64,000 nt of DNA from sequence record MW057919.1; one strand, 5' to 3'. Both the position numbers and the translations under genes were made by a program. Under the pieces are notes generated by a model. The model was not told where the DNA came from and searched no databases. It saw only the letters and a program-made list of their open reading frames with translations. Below, piece after piece: positions 17,566 to 28,800 of the stretch. The stretch's first letter is position 1, and each line of letters begins with the position of its first letter.

Positions 17566-18167
17566 TGAATAATCCGTTATCACTCCAAGAACTATCTTTA
17601 GCTACTGCGCCTACTGAAGATAAAGTAAAAGTACTATTAATGTTTAACCGTACTTCTGAGGTATTCCTACAAAGCGTAGGCTATCTACCTTTAGATGCAT
17701 TCGATGCTAAGTCACGTGAGCACACCATTTTTGTTGAAGCCGAAATGGGTACTTATGATGTAGTCGTAAGTAATACACCTGGTAAACAACCTACACTTTC
17801 CGATTGGAAGATTGTTCCTAAAGAAGAAGCGCCACAAGTGATTACTGAAGATCACTTAAATAGTAAAGTGGCCTACAAAATTACTGAACGCTATCCAGTG
17901 ACTGAGCAAATTAATATCCTTGCACGTGCAATTAAACAGCTAGCTGAAAAATATGGTCAAGAGTTAGATGAACTAGAAGAAATGCTTGATTATATTGATC
18001 TTGTTAAACGAACTAATCGCGCGCATAAGGAGGCCCTAATTGAGAGCCCAGACGTTATCTATAAATCCAGGGAAGATCTCGACGCTGAGAAAGCACATCG
18101 ATATGCAGGTGGCCTGCATGAGCTTATCGGCCCACGAAAGATCGACCAGGGACGTGTTTTCAGCTGA
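17565..18167 (+). CDS. Fibre-associated hypothetical protein (gp136-like)
   Basis: ATG at 17565 overlaps the gp135 stop (TAATG); 200 aa; the ORF-track start at 17529 lies inside gp135. Confidence 0.65.
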   Translation: MNNPLSLQELSLATAPTEDKVKVLLMFNRTSEVFLQSVGYLPLDAFDAKSREHTIFVEAEMGTYDVVVSNTPGKQPTLSDWKIVPKEEAPQVITEDHLNSKVAYKITERYPVTEQINILARAIKQLAEKYGQELDELEEMLDYIDLVKRTNRAHKEALIESPDVIYKSREDLDAEKAHRYAGGLHELIGPRKIDQGRVFS

Positions 18168-18600
18168 ATTTGCAGCTGACCTTGTATCTTATCTGGATAC
18201 ACTGGGTGATTCCTGGTGGTTTAATCGGAAAAAAATTAATAGTATCCCAACCAAAGGTATCACTGAATGTGATTATTGGTTTTTAGGTCATAACCAAATG
18301 CCAGTGGAATTACGGGAATTACTATTTCATATTGCACCTAAGGTAGAAGGTGCTTGGTTAGGCGAAGTTCTAATCAACCGATATGAAATTGGTACAGGTA
18401 TGCCTGAACACATCGACCAAGCTGTTTATCGTTACAACATGGTTATTGCATTAAATGACAATGGCGATGGTATAACGATCAATGGTGAGTTTTATCAGGA
18501 TGTACCAGGTAGGGCTACTATTTTTCCAATCCGTTCAGAGCCACATGAAGTCCCTCCAGTTAAAAATAAAAGATACGTCCTTATATATCTCTACGAGTAG
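18118..18600 (+). CDS. 2OG-Fe(II) oxygenase superfamily protein (prolyl-hydroxylase-like)
   Basis: HID...PHEV...KRY facial-triad and 2OG-binding pattern in a DSBH-like strand order; AGGTGG RBS before ATG 18118 (ATG 18103 is an alternative). Confidence 0.7.
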   Translation: MSLSAHERSTRDVFSAEFAADLVSYLDTLGDSWWFNRKKINSIPTKGITECDYWFLGHNQMPVELRELLFHIAPKVEGAWLGEVLINRYEIGTGMPEHIDQAVYRYNMVIALNDNGDGITINGEFYQDVPGRATIFPIRSEPHEVPPVKNKRYVLIYLYE

Positions 18601-18608
18601 GGTACAAC

Positions 18609-19097
18609 ATGGCAATTAAACTTAAGACTCTATCTAAGGCAGAACTAAAAACATTAACAAAGCTTAAAGGCGAAGTTTCATTTAGAGACTCATATGGCCA
18701 CCGTATGCGAGTTGGCACTAATGGCCTTAAAGCATGTAGTGTTTATAATACTTCAAAATGGTTTAATTGGACTGCTAAACAGCGTAAAGAAATTAAGCCA
18801 ATTTTAGGCGAAGAACTATTTAACAAAGCACTGCAAGTATGGTTTTTAGATTTCCCCAAAATAGATGGATTTCTAGATGAGATGAATTATTGGGTAGATA
18901 AACCCGAGTCCGGTACTATTCTTGCTTGGAATATTGGACCTGATGCTAAGTTCATTTTAGATGGTGAGGAACTATTAATTGGAAAAGGTGAAGGATTAGT
19001 ATTCCATCTATCCCAATTACATGAAGTAAAACGTTCCCATAATGGACAATCATGGATCTGTGTAATGGTACGTGGTGCTCCTGAAAAATTTGCTTAA
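18609..19097 (+). CDS. Divergent DSBH/2OG-oxygenase-like protein (gp138-like)
   Basis: 162 aa; GEGLVFHLSQLHEV resembles the distal-His strand; canonical HxD missing (LDEM at that position). Confidence 0.45.
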   Translation: MAIKLKTLSKAELKTLTKLKGEVSFRDSYGHRMRVGTNGLKACSVYNTSKWFNWTAKQRKEIKPILGEELFNKALQVWFLDFPKIDGFLDEMNYWVDKPESGTILAWNIGPDAKFILDGEELLIGKGEGLVFHLSQLHEVKRSHNGQSWICVMVRGAPEKFA

Positions 19098-19106
19098 CAG
19101 CATAAA

Positions 19107-19126
19107 TCCCCTCCATGTGGAGGGGA
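19107..19126 (+). terminator. Terminator-like hairpin of the repeated family
   Basis: CAGCATAAA-TCCCCTCC-ATGT-GGAGGGGA. Confidence 0.7.
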
Positions 19127-19162
19127 ACTCTTACAAATTTACTCAATAGTACAGTGTACTAA

Positions 19163-20089
<927 letters not shown>

Positions 20090-20091
20090 AT

Positions 20092-20655
20092 ATGCTTAAG
20101 CTTCCAGCGAGTGATGAGCCATTTCGGGTACTAGCATTAGACCCTGGTTCACAAAACCTCGGCATAGCTATTCTGGAAGATAAGTTGGATGGAAGTAATA
20201 AGGTGGTACGTAATGCATTTACCTGCCACCTTAAAGATACAAATCCGGCATATGCTGCCATCTCCGAGGTTCATGGTAGTAGATTTACTAGAATGCAGCA
20301 AATGAGTGATGTGGTACTAAATATACTACATACTGAAAAACCACATGCAGTTATTGTAGAGTCTAACTATCTTGGTAAGTTTGCCCAAAGCTTCGCTGTA
20401 CTTGTAGAATGTGTGACCTATGTACATAGAGCATTATACGAGTATGATAGATTTATACCTTTATACATGATTGATCCTACTACAGTTAAAATCAATGCGG
20501 GTATGAAAAAAGTAAAGGGTACTACTAAAGATGATGTTAAAGAAGCAATGCGTTCTCGTACTGACATCACATGGAACATCGATATAGATAGTCTAGATGA
20601 CCACTCTATGGATGCTTGTGCGATAGCTTACTACTACCTTACTAGGATTGTTTAA
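20092..20655 (+). CDS. ruvC: RuvC-like Holliday junction resolvase
   Basis: RNase-H-fold acidic residues: VLALDPGSQNLGIA, VIVESN, DDHSMDACAIA. Confidence 0.85.
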   Translation: MLKLPASDEPFRVLALDPGSQNLGIAILEDKLDGSNKVVRNAFTCHLKDTNPAYAAISEVHGSRFTRMQQMSDVVLNILHTEKPHAVIVESNYLGKFAQSFAVLVECVTYVHRALYEYDRFIPLYMIDPTTVKINAGMKKVKGTTKDDVKEAMRSRTDITWNIDIDSLDDHSMDACAIAYYYLTRIV

Positions 20656-20670
20656 CAATTCGAGGTAACA

Positions 20671-21177
20671 ATGTTCCTATTAGCAGGTATACGAAAAATA
20701 ATTGGTAGCGTGCCATTGCATATATGGTTACTATTAGTTATTCTGATAGGTGCCTTAATTGGTATCATATATTACAAAAATAGTTATGAGACGGAACTTG
20801 TTCGCTCTACAGATTTAATTGGAAAAATTAAATCTTATGAAGCGGCAGAAAAGGTTAGGATTGAATCAGATCGTATCTCCGATAAAATTCAAGCTGAACT
20901 AATTACTAAAAAGAAAGAGATACAAAAAGAGCAGGCGCAATCACGCACTGAGGTGATTGATGAGTACATTAGTTTATCAGGTCGTGGATATACTCCACCT
21001 GTATGGCCTGAGGTTAAAGCTAAAACAACTAATGGGGAAAGCACCACTACTGAGATTAAACATGAAACTGACACAAAAAAAGATAACATTAATAAGTCTA
21101 TTAATGCTATTGCTAAACGGATGTACGAGCACTACTGTGCCGCCTCCCGTGAAAATACCAGTTGCAATCCCAAGTAG
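20671..21177 (+). CDS. Inner-membrane spanin (Rz-like) candidate
   Basis: N-terminal TM segment (IWLLLVILIGALIGIIYY), coiled-coil region, C-terminal Cys pair; overlapped by a lipoprotein gene. Confidence 0.7.
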   Translation: MFLLAGIRKIIGSVPLHIWLLLVILIGALIGIIYYKNSYETELVRSTDLIGKIKSYEAAEKVRIESDRISDKIQAELITKKKEIQKEQAQSRTEVIDEYISLSGRGYTPPVWPEVKAKTTNGESTTTEIKHETDTKKDNINKSINAIAKRMYEHYCAASRENTSCNPK

Positions 21178-21424
21178 TTTACTTCTCCCTTGCGATGTGG
21201 AAGCCCCACCTACAGCTAATGAGATCATCAATGCATTAGATAGATATAAAGCTGTTGGGGTTACTGATGAGAATGAAGCACGTTTCTTACTTATGACCGA
21301 ACATTGGCTTTTACAAACTGATGCACTTGGACTATGTAATATCCAAGTAGACAAATTGCGTGAATGGAACGAACGTCAACGTAATTTGGAGAATAGTCAT
21401 GACCCTAGAGGACGTTCTGATTGA
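21062..21424 (+). CDS. Outer-membrane spanin lipoprotein (Rz1-like) candidate
   Basis: ATG 21062 gives MKLTQKKITLISLLMLLLNG-C lipobox, Pro-rich linker (VPPPVKIP..LLLPC) and helical C-terminus; starts inside the i-spanin gene in another frame. Confidence 0.75.
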   Translation: MKLTQKKITLISLLMLLLNGCTSTTVPPPVKIPVAIPSSLLLPCDVEAPPTANEIINALDRYKAVGVTDENEARFLLMTEHWLLQTDALGLCNIQVDKLREWNERQRNLENSHDPRGRSD

Positions 21425-21794
21425 GATCGATGGTAATCCTTTATCTTCTTCTAAAGACTATGGAAAGAAGATACGTACCTATTTGAATAGTGTATTGGAA
21501 AAGGAACAACGTATAAATCTAAGTATAACTGGTGAGGAAGTACTTAGTCTAATTTATGCTATTACCGATTCAGATCTTCAATATAAAATTCTCAGCCGGG
21601 AAATTGCTGAAGTGAAGGCTAAAGATTCTTACCGTAATGCGGTATTGGTATTAGCTGGTGGCGTTACTCTTATTGGGGCATCAGTATCTACTATGGTAGT
21701 TTTATCTGGTGCACCTATGTCAGAAGAAAGTGCCAATGTGTTAAAGACTATTGTGCAAGGTACCTTTGAATTAATAAAGATGCTTATGCAATAA
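21399..21794 (+). CDS. Small membrane protein, holin/antiholin candidate
   Basis: GGAG RBS, ATG 21399, 131 aa; hydrophobic AVLVLAGGVTLIGASVSTMVVLSG plus an amphipathic C-terminal helix; inside the lysis cluster. Confidence 0.5.
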   Translation: MTLEDVLIEIDGNPLSSSKDYGKKIRTYLNSVLEKEQRINLSITGEEVLSLIYAITDSDLQYKILSREIAEVKAKDSYRNAVLVLAGGVTLIGASVSTMVVLSGAPMSEESANVLKTIVQGTFELIKMLMQ

Positions 21795-21804
21795 AAACTA
21801 TAAT

Positions 21805-21829
21805 AGCCTTCCTCTTCAAGAGGAAGGCT
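21805..21829 (+). terminator. Terminator-like hairpin
   Basis: AGCCTTCCTCT-TCA-AGAGGAAGGCT followed by TTAT. Confidence 0.75.
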
Positions 21830-21876
21830 TTATAATGCTATGTGGATTAAACATTTTACCACTATAGAGGTTTGAC

Positions 21877-22410
21877 ATGCAGGATATCTTTCCGTATGAC
21901 ATGGCATCGAGGAATGCGCTAGTAAAACTTGCGCGGGATGATTTAAAAATAAACTTCAAACCAGAAACAGTTACATTTGAAGATATGTTTTTTAGTCCAA
22001 CCACGATTGAGCCTGGACGTACATTTATTGAAATGATCGACATCACTACTGACATTAAGTACATGTTAACTTACCGTCGGTTAGATTTTGCTGATCCACG
22101 TGCTATTGGTGAAGGATCTATCCTTAAGATAGTTGGTACTTTAACACCTAAAGCAATTGCTGAAGAAATTAACCGTTCACGAGGTTGGAAGCTTGGTCCA
22201 GATGATGTTTCATTTGATACAACACCAATCAATGCAACTACGGATGTTGTTCCATACACGATAGTAGCTATGTCGAGTAGCTATGCTTACTATGGTGAAT
22301 GTAATATACTAATCCAACGTATTGATGATACGTCAGATACTATCCGACTATTAGAGAATGGTGCAGCACGTTATCTAGAAAATGGTCAAATCCGTTATCT
22401 AGAAAGTTAA
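21877..22410 (+). CDS. Virion structural protein (gp143-like), [YF]xRL[DN] family
   Basis: 177 aa, GAGG RBS; YMLTYRRLDF motif. Confidence 0.7.
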   Translation: MQDIFPYDMASRNALVKLARDDLKINFKPETVTFEDMFFSPTTIEPGRTFIEMIDITTDIKYMLTYRRLDFADPRAIGEGSILKIVGTLTPKAIAEEINRSRGWKLGPDDVSFDTTPINATTDVVPYTIVAMSSSYAYYGECNILIQRIDDTSDTIRLLENGAARYLENGQIRYLES

Positions 22411-22432
22411 GTAATACCCTCAATGAACCTAA

Positions 22433-23254
<822 letters not shown>

Positions 23255-23337
23255 GATGTAGCAATAGAATGGAGTCTATGGTATCATGTGAAACTTCCCC
23301 TCATGATAAACCACATCTTGTGTCAATGTAACTTTTT

Positions 23338-23357
23338 GAGAGTCCTTCGGGACTCTC
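23338..23357 (+). terminator. Terminator hairpin after the endolysin
   Basis: GAGAGTCC-TTCG-GGACTCTC followed by TTATGTTGTT. Confidence 0.8.
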
Positions 23358-23459
23358 TTATGTTGTTAAAATATTACTCATTAGCAATAGTACATTACTG
23401 TATGAGTCTTCTTCGAAAGACTAACATGTTAGTGTTTCTTATACAGCAAGGAAATAAAA

Positions 23460-25829
23460 ATGGCAAATGCTACAGACAAAGGCAAGATCAGTCAACTGCC
23501 GGATCTAGCTACTCTTAACGATAGCGAGTATATTGAATTAATTCATACCGATGCAGCTGGTCAAGTCGATAACTATAAGTTTCTGCTGTCAAAACTACAG
23601 ACTGGAGCACCCGGTCTTAGTGCGTACGAGATTGCCGTTAAAAATGGTTTCCAGGGAACTGAAACCGAATGGCTTGATTCGCTTAAAGGTAAATCTTCTT
23701 ATCAAATCGCAGTCGATCTAGGTTTCGTTGGTACTGAAGAAGAGTTTATAGCATCCCTTAAAGGTGATGCTGGTAAGAGTGCATATGAAGTAGCTGTGGA
23801 AAACGGTTTCCAAGGTACTGAACAGGAATGGTTAACATCACTGCATGCAACCATGACTGCTGAACTACTCCAGTCGCTCTTAAATCAACAAGGTTACACA
23901 GTTAAAGATGTACTGCGTGTAACTGGCAAGAATGGTGGATTATCATCCAACGCTGCTTTCCATAACTTTGCTTTCCTGTTTGATAAGCGTCTAAATCAAG
24001 ACGACTTAACTGCTGGTGATAAAATACCTCAGCGTATGATGGAACAAGGTCGTATGGAAGCAGAAGGTTATTCTTATCTAAAGAACGCTTCTGCGCCCAC
24101 TACGCAAGGTGCATTACCCGAATTACCTGAGTCTGAAATTCGTATTTATGACAATGGTGAATTCCAGATTGGTAGTTTAACTGATTACATTGCATTCAAG
24201 AATGACGGTAATATCCGTATTGTTGAAGGCGTTGATGAAACGACCGTTGATCTTAAGAACCTTCCTAAAAATGAAGGTATTAGTGGCGGTGTATTCGTCA
24301 AAGATGTACAAGCAACTGATCCCAGTCAGAACGTAGGTAGTATTGTGCGTACCCCTGATGGACACAGCGTACAGTCATGCCTATCGACCACTAGTAATGT
24401 TCGGGTTATCGTTGATGCAATAACTGGACATTCTAGTTATGTACCTAGTGTTAAAATCAATAACGTAGATGCAGTTGTAACTCCTGGCGTTAATCCACCC
24501 ATGTGGATTGCTACCGCCGATATTGATCTTGGTGCACCTACTACTGAAGGTTATGCTGATATTGTTGTAGAACACGCCGATGGGGCTAAATTCACTACTA
24601 AGGTATTAGCCGATACTCCCGCTAATATTACCAGTGCTGTATTTACTGGCGGTTATCCGTTAGGTCAAACAGAACTTAAAGAAGATGACCTTGTTGCAAT
24701 TAAAGTTGTTACTGATGAAAATATAGTAGCATACGAAATTGCTGACTTTGGTGCACTGAAAGAAAGTAGTGGCACTGTTGCACCTACTAAAGAACTAGAG
24801 GTTACTGGTCTTTACGTAGCTGATCGTGGTAATACTACTAAGGCATATGGTTTCCGTGTACGTGTTCAGAAATCAACTGGGTCATGGTCAGAATGGTTTA
24901 CTTCCAGTGATGCTGGTTCCGAAGATAAAATTAACACCATGCAGTTAAACGATCTTCGCCCAGTTGTTAATATTGGTCAAGTAACTTATCCGTCTGGTCA
25001 AAGTGCTATTAAAGTAGGTGAAACTGCTACTGTAGCCAATACAGTATCTAATGCTGATAGTGTGGTTTATTCCTCACCAAATGATCAGCTCACTATAACC
25101 AGTGCAAATGAAGCAGAAATTGCTAAGGTAGTTACTTATAAGTCTGGTACTTATAACGACAGCACTAATAACCTATTAATTACTGCTAAACGTGCAGCTA
25201 ATGGTAGTGTAGCTACGGCTACTGCTGTTGTAGCTATTGCAAATGCGGTACCTACTGCGACGGTTACCTACCCTGCTGCTCGCCTTCGTTCAGGTGGTAA
25301 CTTTGGAACCCAAGTACAAAGTCATGTCATTACTTTAACCTCTACTCAGAAACTAAGTGCAGCTCCGGCCATGAATGCGCCTGGCGGTAAGTGGGCTACT
25401 GAGGATTGGAAATCTGATGCCACTGGTAAGGTATGGACACGTGCATTACTAGTACATGACGATGATCCTAAAGGAACCTACGATTTTAACAGTGTGGTTC
25501 TAAAAGGTTTAGCTGGTGTTGAAGCTAATAGTGTAAATGGTGGTACTTACGTACTAGGTGGATTTGTATTCCGCACTCTAAGTGTGGCTGCTTGGCCGAA
25601 CCGTGAAACTGATATTGGTACTGAAGTAACCAATACTGGTAAACTACGTTGCAGTAACCTATCTAAAGGTTCTACTGGTAGCTTAAACTTCACTTATAAG
25701 GCGGACGATGCAAATCAAGTTGACACCTACACCATCAAGGATGGCAATAAGTGGTATAACTGTGACTCAGCAAATGCGGTATCCAACACCACTGGACTGA
25801 TGAAAATCGAACTTGAGGAAGTAGTATAA
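23460..25829 (+). CDS. Tail-associated structural protein (gp145-like) with SAY(E/Q)xAVxxGF repeats and Ig-like beta domains
   Basis: 789 aa; three tandem GxSAYxxAVxxGFxGTExEW units; beta-rich remainder. Confidence 0.75.
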   Translation: MANATDKGKISQLPDLATLNDSEYIELIHTDAAGQVDNYKFLLSKLQTGAPGLSAYEIAVKNGFQGTETEWLDSLKGKSSYQIAVDLGFVGTEEEFIASLKGDAGKSAYEVAVENGFQGTEQEWLTSLHATMTAELLQSLLNQQGYTVKDVLRVTGKNGGLSSNAAFHNFAFLFDKRLNQDDLTAGDKIPQRMMEQGRMEAEGYSYLKNASAPTTQGALPELPESEIRIYDNGEFQIGSLTDYIAFKNDGNIRIVEGVDETTVDLKNLPKNEGISGGVFVKDVQATDPSQNVGSIVRTPDGHSVQSCLSTTSNVRVIVDAITGHSSYVPSVKINNVDAVVTPGVNPPMWIATADIDLGAPTTEGYADIVVEHADGAKFTTKVLADTPANITSAVFTGGYPLGQTELKEDDLVAIKVVTDENIVAYEIADFGALKESSGTVAPTKELEVTGLYVADRGNTTKAYGFRVRVQKSTGSWSEWFTSSDAGSEDKINTMQLNDLRPVVNIGQVTYPSGQSAIKVGETATVANTVSNADSVVYSSPNDQLTITSANEAEIAKVVTYKSGTYNDSTNNLLITAKRAANGSVATATAVVAIANAVPTATVTYPAARLRSGGNFGTQVQSHVITLTSTQKLSAAPAMNAPGGKWATEDWKSDATGKVWTRALLVHDDDPKGTYDFNSVVLKGLAGVEANSVNGGTYVLGGFVFRTLSVAAWPNRETDIGTEVTNTGKLRCSNLSKGSTGSLNFTYKADDANQVDTYTIKDGNKWYNCDSANAVSNTTGLMKIELEEVV
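23613..23846 (+). repeat. Three tandem 26-aa SAY repeats
   Basis: GLSAYEIAVKNGFQGTETEWLDSLK / GKSSYQIAVDLGFVGTEEEFIASLK / GKSAYEVAVENGFQGTEQEWLTSLH. Confidence 0.9.
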
Positions 25830-28800
25830 TGGCTTCTGCATTTGAAGATTATGTAAACGGGGAACTCCCCAAACGGGTATCATCAATTGATGAACCCACT
25901 TCTGTAGTTAATGGACACATCCCGGTTTCTACCGGGGTGGGTCTTAATACCACTTTCGTTGATCCTGTTACTATACCTGGATTAAAGGGTGAAGATGGTC
26001 AGCCGGGTAAAGATGGCGATCAAGGTCCCCCTGGCCCAGTTGGTCCGGCTATTAACATTATCGCTAATGTTGATCTAGCAACATTCGAACAAGATATTAA
26101 ACCATTAGATACGCATAATGTCGGTGATGCTTGGTTCGTTGAAGATCGGCTATGGGTATGGGAATCACCGCTAGGTAATGAAGATCCCCCTGTAAAAGGT
26201 CGTTGGGTTGAAACAGGTTCACTTCGTGGTCCAGATGGTACTGGTCTGGTTATCCGTGGTCGTTGGCCTAATAACTTAGAATTACCTAAGACTGAAAGTA
26301 ATAAACCTGGAGATGCTTACTCATGGAATAATCAACTCTGGGCGTGGATGCTTATCTCAGGTAATAATCCGCCAGAGAATCCAACTATTGATGACTATGA
26401 TTGGTTCCCAGTTACACCACAGGGTGAACGTGGACCTGAGGGCCCTGAGGGTCCGCAAGGTAAAGATGGTGAAATTGGTCCTGAAGGTCCTCAGGGTGAA
26501 CCAGCAATGCCGTTTACCATTAAGGATTCACTACCATCACCAGCTGATTTACCTGATCCATCTGTAGCTAAAGAATCAGAAGCATACTTAGTTACTATGG
26601 AAGCTGGTAAACCAGAACATCTATTCATCTTTGTAAAAGGGGCATGGTCAGACCTAGGTACTTTCCAAGGCCCTGAGGGCCCACAAGGTAAACCAGGTAA
26701 TACAGGTGATCCGGGTCCCGATGGTAAACAAGGTGAACCTGGTCCACAAGGTCGTAACTTAGAAGTAGTTAAAGCAGTTGAAACTGCTGATGATCTATTA
26801 ACCACCACTGGTGTAGAACAATACCAAGGTGTTTCAGTACGTTCCACCAATACGGTTTATGTACTGACTGGCCAAGATCCGACTGTTGATATCTCATGGA
26901 CAGCCATGGGTTCATTCCGTGGCCCGCAGGGCCCTGAAGGTCCGCAAGGTGAAGATGGCGAACAAGGTCTACCTGGTGAACCAGGGGCACAAGGTAAATC
27001 GGCTTTCCAAGTAGCATTGGACAATGGCTTCACTGGTACTGAGGGTGAATGGTTAATCAGTCTACATGGTAAGAACGTAGTTATTACTGGTGCTGTTGCC
27101 AATGAGGCAGCCCTGCCGGCAGATGCTCCTGATCAGGCAGCGTACTTCACACAAGACACATCTACCTTATTTGTTAAGATAGATGGTAATTGGGTAAATA
27201 GTGGTACACATCGAGGTCCTAAAGGTGAAGATGGCGCACCTGGTAAAGACGGTGATCAGGGACCAGAAGGACCCGAGGGACCAGAAGGCCCACAAGGTCC
27301 CGCTGGTGAACCTATCCAGATCATCGCAGCGATTGACACTCCTGAAGATACCCCACCAGAAGCACTTGCCGATAACCAATGGAAAGCATATACTGTTAAG
27401 TCCACGGGCGAAGTATTTGTTAACATGGACGGTAGTCGCTGGACTAGCATTGGTATTATGGCAGGTCCGCAAGGTAAACCGGGTGAAGGTTTAAACATTA
27501 AAGGTGTTTTAACCGATGCTTCACAACTACCAAAGAAAGACACTGATCCTGACTTAGTAACTGGTGATTCATACTGGGTTGAAACTAACGAAGGTACAAT
27601 GCTCTATACTTACCAAGGTCAGGAAATTGATGGCTATATCGGCCCAATTAATCTAAATGGTGAGCAGGGTATCCAGGGTGTCGAAGGCCCACAAGGTCCT
27701 GAAGGTAAACAAGGTGGTGGTCTATTAATTATCTATGTTGGTGATGATGCTGGTAAACCAGTAGCATCTGCTGATAACGTAGGTAAAGGTATTGCCATTC
27801 GCACCAATACTGAAGGACAAGTAGAAGTATTTGTAAGTATCGATACTGAAGGTACATTTACTTGGGAAAGCCTAGGTGTCTTAGCCATGGGTCCGCAGGG
27901 TCCTGAAGGTCCTGAGGGCAAACAAGGTGTTCCAGGTATCCCTGGTAAAACCGGTCAGAAAGGTGAACGTGGATCCTCTTGGGTAATTCTACCTGAAGGT
28001 CAAACTGCACCCACTTCTATCGATGGTAATCGTGGTGACTGGTGTATCGACAAAACTGGTACCGTTTGGTATAAAGATGCTAACTGGGTTGTATTCTACA
28101 AATTAATGTCAGTTCCAGTTAGTGAAGTCGATCCAGAAGATGTCGATAAGAAAATGGTTCGGTACAAACTCGGTTGGACTGAACTACCTGTTGATGAGGT
28201 GGTAGATGCTGAAGTAGGTGTCTTCTATGGTCGCCGTAAAGCAACCGCTGACGGGGCTGTTGAATGGACTGCTATTGAATTACCAACACCTGCCATTGAT
28301 GCTGTACCTAGTCCAGTTGTTAATGCACAATACGTTCGTAAAGGTATTGCAGGGGGTGAAACTGAATGGGCTACCATTACATTCCCAGAAATTCCTTCAG
28401 ATGTAGTACGCGATACTGCACAAGCTACTAAGCCTCAAGGTCGTGTAGCTGGTAACTGGGTTGATGTAGCACCTCTGCAAACCGATGATACTCTAATGGG
28501 TATGCAAAATGGTGAATGGGTAGCTGTACCAGCCGCAGTTATTGGTGAAGTACCTAGTGAAGGTGCTAATGGCACTAACTATGTACGTGAGAAAACAGCT
28601 AGTGGTTCTAAATGGACACCTGTAACTATTATAGTTGATCAAGCTGATGCTACTAGTGGACAACTATTCCTACGTAATGCTGCGGCTAAATCATGGACTC
28701 TATTCCAAGGGCCGAATAATGATGTAACCGCTGATGGTGATTGGCTACGTAGCCGTACTGGTACTAATATTACTTGGAAGAAGCTAGATAAATCATTCGA

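Noticed and set aside
23288-23518. 76-aa ORF in the endolysin-gp145 spacer
   Set aside because: GTG start without a properly spaced RBS; runs through a terminator and into gp145 out of frame.
26313-28406. Several 60-120 aa ORFs antisense or out of frame in the collagen region
   Set aside because: Shadows of Gly-X-Y codon periodicity; no RBS, fully inside gp146.
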